Shown: positions 12,375 through 21,260 of the stretch, piece by piece | How positions within the stretch are numbered: position 1 is the first letter of the stretch | Layout of the letters: each line of letters opens with the position of its first letter | Position numbers and translations under genes: made by a program | The notes under the pieces: model-generated | What the model saw: only the letters and a program-made list of their open reading frames with translations | Database searches by the model: none | Told to the model about the DNA's origin: nothing | Assembly: GCA_009914755.4 (NCBI GenBank) | Contig: CP068257.2 | Span: 44,096,001-44,160,000, forward strand | DNA length: 64,000 nt | DNA from: the human T2T-CHM13v2.0 reference genome, Homo sapiens | Direction of reading: 5' to 3'

Positions 12375-13560
12375 CTCACCCCTTCCTGTCCATGGCCCCC
12401 TGGGTAGCCCCCCCATCTTCATCAGCCCACCCCTTCCTGTCCATTGTCTTCTGCGTGGCCCCTCCCATCTTCATCAGCCCACCCCTTCTTGTCCATGGTC
12501 CTCTGGGTGGCTCCCCCATCTTCATCAGCCCACCCCTTCCTGTCCACGGTCCTCTGGGTAGCCCCCCCATCTTCATCAGCCCACCCCTTCCTGTCCACGA
12601 TCCTCTGGGTGGCCCCCCCATCTTCATCAGCCCACCCCTTCCTGTCCACGGTCCTCTGGGTAGCCCCCCCATCTTCAGCCCACCCCTTCCTGTCCACGGT
12701 CCTCTGGGTGGCCCCACCATCTTCATCAGCCCACCCCTTCCTGTCCACGGTCCTCTGGGTAGCCCCCCATCTTCATCAGCCCACCCCTTCCTGTCCGCGG
12801 TCCTCTGGGTGGCCCCCCCATCTTCATCAGCCCACCCCTTCCTGTCCATTGTCCTCTGGGTGGCCCTCCCCCATCTTCATCAGCCCACCCCTTCCTGCCC
12901 ATTGTCCTCTGGGTGGCACCCCCCATCTTCATCAGCCCACCCCTTCCTGTCCATGGCCCCCTGGATGGCCCCCCCATCTTCATCAGCCCATCCCTTCCTG
13001 TGCATTGTCCTCTGGGTGGCCCCTCCCATCTTCATCAGCCCACCCCTTCCTGTCCATGGTCCTCTGGGTAGCCCCCCCATCTTCATCAGCCCACCCCTTC
13101 CTGTCCACGGTCCTCTGGGTAGCCCCCCCATCTTCATCAGCCCACCACTTCCTGTTTGTCCATGGCCCCCTGGATGGCCCCCCCATCTTCATCAGCCCAC
13201 CACTTCCTGTTTGTCCATGGCCTCCTGGGTGGCCCCCCGATCTTCAGCCCACCCCTTCCCGTCCATGGTCTTCTGGGTGGCCCCTCCCTTCTTCATCAGC
13301 CCATCCTTCCTGTCCATTGTCCTCTGGGTGCCCCCCCGCCATCTTCATCAGCCCACCCCTTCCTGTCCATTGTCCTCTGGGTGGCCCCTCCCATCTTCAT
13401 CAGCCCACCCCTTCCTGTCCATTGTCCTCTGGGTGGCCCCCCCATCTTCATCAGCCCACCCTTCCTGTCCATTGTGCTCTGGGTGGACCCCCCATCTTCA
13501 TCAGCCCACCCCTTCCTGCCCATGGCCCTCTGGGTGGCCTCCCCATCTTCATCAGCCCAC
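12375..13560. repeat. GC-rich minisatellite/VNTR, 51-52-bp unit x ~23
   Basis: The unit is 'CATCTTCATCAGCCCACCCCTTCCTGTCCA(C/T)GGTCCTCTGGGT(A/G)GCCCCCC'. I measured the period as 52, then 51, from successive 'catcttc' positions (12414, 12466, 12517). Variants include ccacgg/ccatgg/ccattg/ccgcgg and gtagccccccc/gtggcccctccc. A partial copy 'cctcaccccttcctgtccatggccccctgggtagccccccc' starts the array. Confidence 0.95.
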
Positions 13561-14323
13561 AGCACCTGGTGCTGCATTGTAGTCACTGTCACACACACTC
13601 TCTTCGCTTTGCCTCTGTGTCCTCCCAGTGTCCATGTGGTAGAACAAGATCACAGCATTGATGGAGACCACATAGCTGTGCAGACTAGTCTCGTCTAATT
13701 TCACAGCCAAGGGCTTGGATCCACCCTCACTTGCCTAGTCCCAGCAGCACCCCCTTGAAGAATTGCTTTTGCCTGAGTCCATTCTGTTCTGTCTGCTTCC
13801 CCTTCCTCAGATCTCTGATCTAATCAGATGTGAGTCTCAGCTGGCGTCTATGCCTCAGTTAAGGAGAAGAGAGTTGCTTCTCTGCCCCATCCTCCGACCC
13901 AAGGGGCTAAGTCGCGTTTCCTCCCTTGGCCTTTCCTGCCCCTCAAGTGCAAGGAGCCCTCGCTGTTAGCTCAGGACAAGCCCACCCTCTTGTTTCCTCA
14001 GGGACTTGCCCCGCTGTGTGGTCTGTGGTGCCATCTCTCTGCGTGCCCGCCTCACTGGCAGGTCACTTCTGTTAGCATCCGGGATGACTTAGTAGCTCCC
14101 ATGTTAAAATTAAAAAAAATTATTCCCTTGATCCTTGATTTTCAGCCAGATTGGCAAATTGATTTCACAGTGACCTCTGCTTCCTCTTAAAAGCCCACTA
14201 AAATGACAGGCAAGATGTTTTTAAAGGGCAAAAGTCACCAAGAAATTGAGAAAGAAGATGACAGAACTTTGAAAGTTGGAAGGCAAATGGTCAGAGCAGA
14301 TCTGAACCTAGAAAGCTGAGAGG

Positions 14324-14555
14324 TGCGTGTGTGTGTGCATGTGAGTGTGTGTGTGGTGTGTGTAGTGTGTGTGTGTGTGTGTGTGTGAAGTGTGTGTGCA
14401 TGTGTATTTACCCACACAGGTCTGTGTGTACACATGCGTGTGTGTATGTGTGTGCAGGTGAGTGTGTATATAGGTGTGCACGCATGCGTGTGTGTGTGGA
14501 AGGTGTGTGCATGTGTGTGTGGTATGTGTGCATCTGTTATATGTGTGTGTGTTGA
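14324..14555. repeat. Compound (TG)n / GTGTGCATG-type low-complexity tract
   Basis: 'gtgcgtgtgtgtgtgcatgtgagtgtgtgtgtggtgtgtgtagtgtgtgtgtgtgtgtgtgtgaagtgtgtgtgcatgtg...' is purine/pyrimidine alternating. It produces Cys/Val/His-rich pseudo-ORFs on both strands. Confidence 0.95.
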
Positions 14556-17360
14556 GGGGACTGAGAAGTGAGTTTCTTGTGTTGCAGACAGTGCCCCCAC
14601 GTCTTGGGAATGGCGTTACTGTGCAGCTGAACATGGGGAGGCAGTAGAGATACGGTTGACATAGGAAAGCTGTGGAAAGCTTGTCTGAGAAGGAGTCAGC
14701 CTCTCAGCCCTCTCCTACCCAGTCTGGTTCCTCCCTGGAAGGTGACTTGGGAGCCTGCCCTGCGGTGGGGGACTGTCCTAAACGGAAAGCAGGGCACGGG
14801 ATGGCTTCACTCCAGCTCCTCCTTATTTGGCCCCAGAGCACTGGGAACCTAGGAACAGACACAGGAGGGAGGGAAAGGAGCCACTTGGTGGGTGAGGAAG
14901 CTGGACGCTGGGGCCCTGGGGCGTGGCTCCAAGAAGGGCTGGAGGGTGATGTCGGGATGAGTGGGTCTGCAGTGGTCGGCCCCATGGCTAGGAGTTTGGA
15001 AAGAAATCAACCTAAGTTCATAGAACACCAAAGAAAGCAGTGGGGAGGCCCTTATTCACTGTGAGAAGCAGAAACATTGTGCAAGAAGGGAGCTGCAGCA
15101 TCAGGTGTGGGTACCAGGTGCACAGCCAGCGAGGGGAGTCCTGGAAAGTGGGGAGGAGGGCGAGGTAGGGGCTCAGGAGAGTCAGTGCTCATCTTTTATA
15201 GCAGGAAGCTAACAGCTGATACATAAAGTTGTAAGATCAAGAATAGCAATACAAACTCAGTAATTAGAAATATGGAGATAAAGAAATGCCAAAAGAGGCT
15301 AAGAGCTCAGGGAAGGATTGTGATGTAGGGGGCAAGGGAGGGGTAGGGCCACTGCTTTTCATAAGCTTTATCGAATTATTTGCTTTTAAAAACTGTGTAT
15401 ATTTATAGTTTTATTAAAAATAAAAAATTTTAAAGGTTATATGGCAAATATTATTTTATAAAAAATTGATGAACCTCAGGCCCTGAGCTCCCTTGCTTGC
15501 CCTGCTCCTGCCAGGGCAGACTTCCACTGCCCTTGCCCTCTGGTCCTCTCCACTTCAGAGGCCCGGCCTCTGGCTTGGTGAATCTGAGGCAGATCTTTCT
15601 CCTCAGGTTGCTTGAGCTCTGCAGCGTTAGGCCTGGTGAGCGCCTCTTGCCCAGTGCCCTGGGGGCGGTGGGGAAATTCCAGTCCAGACTGTCTGCCTCA
15701 GGCATTCAGTACACACTTTCGTGCCCTGCTTTTTAACTGAATAGTATTCTGCAAAGTGTTCGACCTTACCTAGTTTGAGAACATTATTTTTAGAAGGTTG
15801 CATGGTTTCCCATGTTGTGGATCTAGGTATCATTTATTGGATTATTCCCTTTTTGTTTATTTTTTCTGATTTTCCACTAATATCCATAATACGAGGTAAA
15901 CACCCTTGTGCATAAATCCACAGCAGCTTCCTCTCTTTTGTAGGCAGTGTTCACACCTACAGAATTCCTGGGTCAGAGGACATGGACATTTAAAAGAGGC
16001 ATAATGTGTAATTGCCAGGTTGATCTCAAAAGTGCAAGTTTGTACTTGAACAAGGCTGTACCAGAGTGCCTGTGCTGTTGTATCCTGACACACCAGGTAC
16101 TGCATACGTCTCCATCTCGAAATGCAGAAGCACACTGAACACACATGGCTTAGCTCTTTAACAATAATGTCGTTTTCCCCCATGCTCATAAGCATTCTTG
16201 CATTATTGAAGATACTCTGCTTTTATGTCTGTGGGAGGAATTTTCCCCAGTTGAGTCGTGCACTTTTTCATCTGATCTGTAGCATTTTGGGTAGCTCGCT
16301 CAGTATTTTCCGTTGTGATGTTGTCTCTTATTGTGTTTACATTTAGAAAATCCTTTTCTTGGGATTTAATTAGGTGTATGTTCTTAGGTGAAGATCTAAG
16401 TTATTTTTTCTTATATTAGAAACACCATTTATTCAAAATACTTCATTTTTCTAATGATTCATGCTGCAACTTTTTATGTATGTGTACCACATATGAAAAT
16501 ATTGTGTATTTTAGTGTCTGTTTCTGAATTCTCTAATTGACCTCTTTGTTCTAGTGCTGGTACACTGTTTTAATTATTTTAGTTTCACGATATATTTCCA
16601 TATCTGATAAAGGTAACCAATATTTCAAAAAATATTTTGGTTATTCTTGGCTACCTACTTTCTAAATGAACTTTAGAATGATTTTCAAGTTTAAAAAGTT
16701 AATCATATTGAGGTTTCTTTTCAAATGGATCAGATCTATAATTTAAATTATAAACAGCTGACATTTTAACAATATTTAAATAGTTTCCTATATAGAAAGG
16801 GAATCTGTCTTTCCATTTATTCTGTTATTAGCCTTCAGTTACATTTCATAGCTTTCTTGCTGTAGGTTTTATCTTTCAAATTTTTTTCCAACTAATTTGT
16901 GTTATTTGGTTATTGTAATTGGGATTTTTCCCATTGCATTTATCAAATATTTAACATTATATAGGAAAACTATCAGTTTTTATATATTTGAATGTGGTCA
17001 CATGTTAAAATGGTTTTATTTGCAAAAGGGTTTTCAGGTGAAATTTGACTTATTTTTACCTTGACCCAACATTCACCATGAAGTATGCTCCCTGTAGCTC
17101 TCTGGTATATATTCTTCATTAAGCTACAGAAGTTTTCTTTTATTGCTATTTATTAAGTTACGTGTTTTTTAAAATCAAAAAAGTTGCATTTCACTAAATG
17201 TGTTCATTGCTACTATTTAGGTGGTTGTATGATTCCTGCTTTTGTCTCTCAATGGAGTGAATTCTGTTCCTGACATTCCAAGTGTTGATTCTTGGAATAA
17301 ACCCCGTTAGGCCATAGCTCTTCCAATTATAATATGCTCCCAGTATCTTATTGGGACTAG

Positions 17361-17504
17361 AATAAGGGTTAATAATAGGGTTAGGGCTAGAGTTAAGGCT
17401 AGCATAAGGGTTGGAGTTACCGTTAGTGTTCGAGTTATTGTAAAGGTTAGGATTAGGGTTACTGTTAGGGTTATCGTGAGGGTTATGGCTAGGGTGATAG
17501 TGCT
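17361..17504. repeat. Degenerate telomere-like hexamer array (TTAGGG-derived, ~24 units)
   Basis: There is a 6-bp periodicity with 'GGTT' in nearly every unit and several exact AGGGTT hexamers, a rotation of TTAGGG. Examples are 'aagggtt aataat agggtt agggct agagtt aaggct agcata agggtt ggagtt accgtt agtgtt cgagtt ... aggatt agggtt actgtt agggtt atcgtg agggtt atggct agggtg'. Confidence 0.7.
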
Positions 17505-17865
17505 CTATAAGGTTCTTTTTTTTCTAATTTTTATATGATTTTGGCAATAAATGATAGCTTGCTTTCATAACATGATTTGAGAATTGTCCCATGTTTTTCT
17601 ATCCTTTAAATAACAAATTTTTCTGTCTTCTGTTTAGAAATGCAAATGTTATCAGCCTTCGATAGAATTCTACCTTTAATAGAATTCGTCTATCAAAGCT
17701 GCTAAGCCTGGAGCCTATTTTGGAGACTGATTTTTTAGTGTCTATATAATTTCTACCATGGTTATTGATTTTATACACATTTTCTTATACACCAATGGTT
17801 TTTGCTTAGGAAACAGTCAGTTTTAAGCAAGTTTTTAGGTATATAGGTAAAAATGTGTATATGTT

Positions 17866-17912
17866 TTATATATATATATATACATATGTATGTATATAAC
17901 ATATATATGTTG
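17866..17912. repeat. (TA)n/(TATG) microsatellite
   Basis: 'tatatatatatatatacatatgtatgtatataacatatatatg'. Confidence 0.9.
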
Positions 17913-17972
17913 TGCTCGTCATTTTTCAGTCTTTAAAAATTTTTAACTTAATTTAATTTTTCTTTTTATTAT

Positions 17973-18247
17973 TTTTTTAGAGACAGAGCCACACTCTGTT
18001 GGATGTTGATCCCAGCTCACCGCAGCCTTGAACTCCTGGGCTCAAGCGATCCTTCCACCTCAGTCTCCCACGTAGCTGGGACTACAGGCATGTGCCAACG
18101 CATCCAGCTAATTTTTAAAATTTTTTTAGGCACTGGGGTCTTGCTTAGATGCTCAGGCTAGTCTCAAACTCCTTGGCCTCAAGTGATCTTCCTGCCACGT
18201 CCTCTCAAAGTGCTAGGATTACAGGTGTAGGCCACCATGCCGGGCCT
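17973..18247 (-). mobile_element. Alu (AluJ-like, diverged), antisense
   Basis: 'tttttttagagacagagccacactctgttggatgttgatcccagctcaccgcagccttgaactcctgggctcaagcgatcc' runs to '..ctaggattacaggtgtaggccaccatgccgggcc'. Confidence 0.88.
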
Positions 18248-19640
18248 AGTTTTTCAGTCATTTTATCTGTTACTGTGTTCCCTTTATTTCTAGTACTTAC
18301 TTCAGCATTTTAGTCACATTTGTCTAATTTTTTCTCCAAAATAGCTTTCATTTATATTGATCATTTATAATTTTACTATTAATTTCTCATTTTAGCATAC
18401 ATTATAATTATAATTCTCTTTTTCTTCAAGTTAATGCTATTATTTTAATAGTTTCCTGAGTGCTTCTTTGAACATTTTCATTTATTTTCTGACTAATGCA
18501 TTTGACTCTCAGTCTTCTAAGACACTTTTAACTCTGTTCTACTGGCTTTATATGTACTGACCTGTTGTCCCTCATGTTTTTATTATTTAATTTAAAAGAT
18601 TAATTTCTTGGTAGTCCTGTCTAGGAGGACTATTCTTTTGTTGTTAAGTTTCTACTTTTTAAGTATCATGTTTGCCCTGTGTGGGTCAGAGAGGGACTGG
18701 GCCCTTTGTGACTGTGGGTGTTTTGTAGGAGATGGCTGTGGGGCTTGGGGATGGAAGAGTGGCACCCACTGTAGGCATGTCACAGGCTGTCACGGAGCAG
18801 CAGGGTACAGTGTGAGCAGTGGAGAAGGTGCCCAGAGGGACCCCATGGGGTTGTATGCTGCCTGTGGTCCTGGGAGATGGAGTGATCGCTCTGGAAGAAA
18901 AACATTCTGGAGTTTGTGGGGAGCAGACAGACTTCTGTGTGAGACCCATAGGAGACATGCCATGGAGGCTTTTGGAATCCTGGCTCACAGCTGAGGGGAC
19001 GGTGTGGGGCATACAGAGAGCCACGTGCCAAGAGGAAGAGTTGAACCCAGGGGAAAGGGTAAGCTGTGGAAATACAGAGCTTCCCAGACCCACCAGCTTT
19101 ATTTAATAAGGTCAGATGCTCTCGTTGACATCAGCGTTCCTGGATGGGAGGGCTGGGCTCTGTGAGGCCCTCCCCGGCCTGGACTCTGGGTGGCCTGCCA
19201 TTCTCGATGTGTGGTTTCTGTCTCTTGCTATGTTGTCATGACTGCAGAGTTGGAAGGAACCCAGGTGCACCTCGTGTGTTCTAGCCTGTGGATGCAACAG
19301 GGGACAACTTCATTTTAAGAACTGGAGGCCCAAGTTATGCTGACGTGTATCATGGTATCTGAGACCAGGTGTGTCTAACATGTGCCAGGTGACCCTCTCT
19401 GCAGAGGAGCTGGGCAATGCATTCTCCCGCTGGGCAGCCTTGGGCTCAGCCAAAGCTCTGTCTTCACGGAGAAAGGGAGGAAGGGACAGGGGAAGAGCTT
19501 CTGCCTCCATAGGCGAGGATGAGGACATAGGAGGCACTGAATAGTGGCCAGGAGAGGAGTGAGTGAGGACCTGGGGGTCACCCACACTTCAGAGTGAGGC
19601 GCACTTGCAAGAGTGTTGGCATCGTGTGAAGGCAGACAGT

Positions 19641-20915
19641 GCCACACGGTGTTGTGTCAGCATCGCTGTGTCAGTCCATTGACGTAGCGCCACACGGTGT
19701 TGTGTCAGCATCGCTGTGTCAGTCCATTGACGTAGCGCACACGGTGTTGTGTCAGCATCGCTGTCAGTCCATTGACGTAGCGCACACGGTGTTGTGTCAG
19801 CATCGCCGTGTCAGTCCACTGACGTAGCGCACACGGTGTTGTCAGCATCGCTGTGTCAGTCCATTGACGTAGCGCACACGGTGTTGTGTCAGCATCGCTG
19901 TCAGTCCATTGACGTAGCGCCACACGGTGTTGTCAGCATCACTGTGTCAGTCCATTGACGTAGCGCACACGGTGTTGTCAGCATCGCCGTGTCAGTCCAT
20001 TGACGTAGCGCACACGGTGTTGTCAGCATCGCCGTGTCAGTCCATTGACGTAGCGCACACGGTGTTGTCAGCATCGCCGTGTCAGTCCATTGACGTAGCG
20101 CACACGGTGTTGTCAGCATCGCCGTGTCAGTCCATTGACGTAGCGCACACGGTGTTGTCAGCATCGCCGTGTCAGTCCATTGACGTAGCGCACACGGTGT
20201 TGTCAGCATCGCCGTGTCAGTCCATTGACGTAGCGCACACGGTGGTGTCAGCATCGCCGTGTCAGTCCATTGACGTAGCGCACACGGTGGTGTCAGCATC
20301 GCCGTGTCAGTCCATTGACGTAGCGCACACGGTGGTGTCAGCATCGCCGTGTCAGTCCATTGACGTAGCGCACACGGTGGTGTCAGCATCGCCGTGTCAG
20401 TCCATTGACGTAGCGCACACGGTGGTGTCAGCATCGCCGTGTCAGTCCATTGACGTAGCGCACACGGTGGTGTCAGCATCGCCGTGTCAGTCCATTGACG
20501 TAGCGCCACATGGTGGTGTCAGCATCGCCGTGTCAGTCCACTGACGTAGCGCACACGGTGTGGTGTCAGCATCGCCGTGTCAGTCCACTGACGTAGCGCA
20601 CACGGTGTTGTGTCAGCATCGCCGTGTCAGTCCACTGACGTAGCGCACACGGTGTTGTGTCAGCATCGCCGTGTCAGTCCACTGACGTAGCTCACACGGT
20701 GTTGTGTCAGCATCGCCGTGTCAGTCCACTGACGTAGCTCACACGGTGTTGTGTCAGCATCGCCGTGTCAGTCCATTGACGTAGCTCACACGGTGTTGTG
20801 TCAGCATCGCCGTGTCAGTCCATTGACGTAGCGCCACACGGTGTTGTCAGCATCGCTGTGTCAGTCCATTGACGTAGCGCACACGGTGTTGTCAGCATCG
20901 CTGTGTCAGTCCATT
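19641..20915. repeat. CpG-rich minisatellite/VNTR, 45-bp unit (43-48-bp variants) x ~28
   Basis: The unit is 'TCCATTGACGTAGCGCACACGGTGTTGTCAGCATCGCCGTGTCAG'. Each 60-bp sequence line shifts the pattern by 15, giving a period of 45. There are 4-5 CpG per unit, and the motif TGACGTAG sits in every unit. Variants are distributed in blocks: GTGTTGT about 19930-20220; GTGGTGT about 20220-20520; the 47-bp GTGTTGTGT plus CCACTGACG variant about 20520-20800; TpG-decayed units at both ends. Confidence 0.96.
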
Positions 20916-20920
20916 TTCAT

Positions 20921-21260
20921 ACTGTTATGAAGAGATACCCGAGACTGGGTAATTTATAAAGAAAAAGAGGTTTAGGGGACTCAGTTCCACATGGCTGGGG
21001 AGGCCTCACAATCATGGCCAAAGACAAAGGAGGATCAAAGGTGCATCTTACATGGTGGCAGGCAAGAGAGCATGTGCGAGGGAACTGCCTTTTTATAAAA
21101 CCATCAGTCTGGTGAGATTTATTCACTACCATGAGAACATGAGAAAAACCCACCCCCATGATTCAATTACCTCCCACTGGGTACCTCCCACGACACGTGG
21201 GGATTATGGGAGCTACAATTCAAAATGAGATTTGGGTGCAGACACAGGCAAGCCATATCA
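20921..21260 (-). mobile_element. THE1/MST-like ERVL-MaLR solo LTR, antisense
   Basis: The reverse complement reads 'tgatatgg..tgcctgtgtc..cacccaaatctcattttgaattgtagctcccataatccccacgtgtcgtgggagg.acccagtgggaggtaattgaatcatggggg...ccatgattgtgaggcctccccagccatgtggaactgagtcccctaaacctctttttctttataaattacccagtctcgggtatctcttcataacagt'. That is the THE1 LTR consensus from end to end (TG...CAGT). Confidence 0.88.

Noticed and set aside
12392-13661. Two long + strand ORFs (396 and 405 aa, Pro/Ser/Leu-rich) that look like a proline-rich repetitive protein, plus stacked Gly/Arg/Trp-rich minus-strand ORFs
   Set aside because: They lie entirely within the 52-bp minisatellite. The unit lacks stops in all frames, and 52 is not a multiple of 3, so the reading frame rotates each unit. 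There are open frames on both strands and no start or splice context. They are a tandem-repeat artefact, not a gene.
19901-20544. 202-aa (-) and 205-aa (+) ORFs with perfect 15-aa repeats (e.g. 'SASPCQSIDVAHTVL')
   Set aside because: They are an artefact of the 45-bp minisatellite, whose period is divisible by 3 and which has no stop codons. Both strands are open simultaneously.
12375-20915. Possibility that the regular direct-repeat arrays are CRISPR arrays, or that the window hides a prokaryotic defence system
   Set aside because: The arrays are pure tandem repeats with no unique spacers. The window is unmistakably primate: about 17 Alu, many L1 fragments, SVA, THE1, MADE1 and MIR. There are no Shine-Dalgarno or operon-like gene organisation and no cas-like ORFs. 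I find no evidence for any novel biological system of that kind.
20917-21159. 80-aa minus-strand ORF (MGVGFSHVLMVVNKSHQTDGFIKRQFPRTCSLACHHVRCTFDPP..)
   Set aside because: It lies inside the THE1/MaLR LTR. This is the familiar spurious ORF of that LTR consensus.
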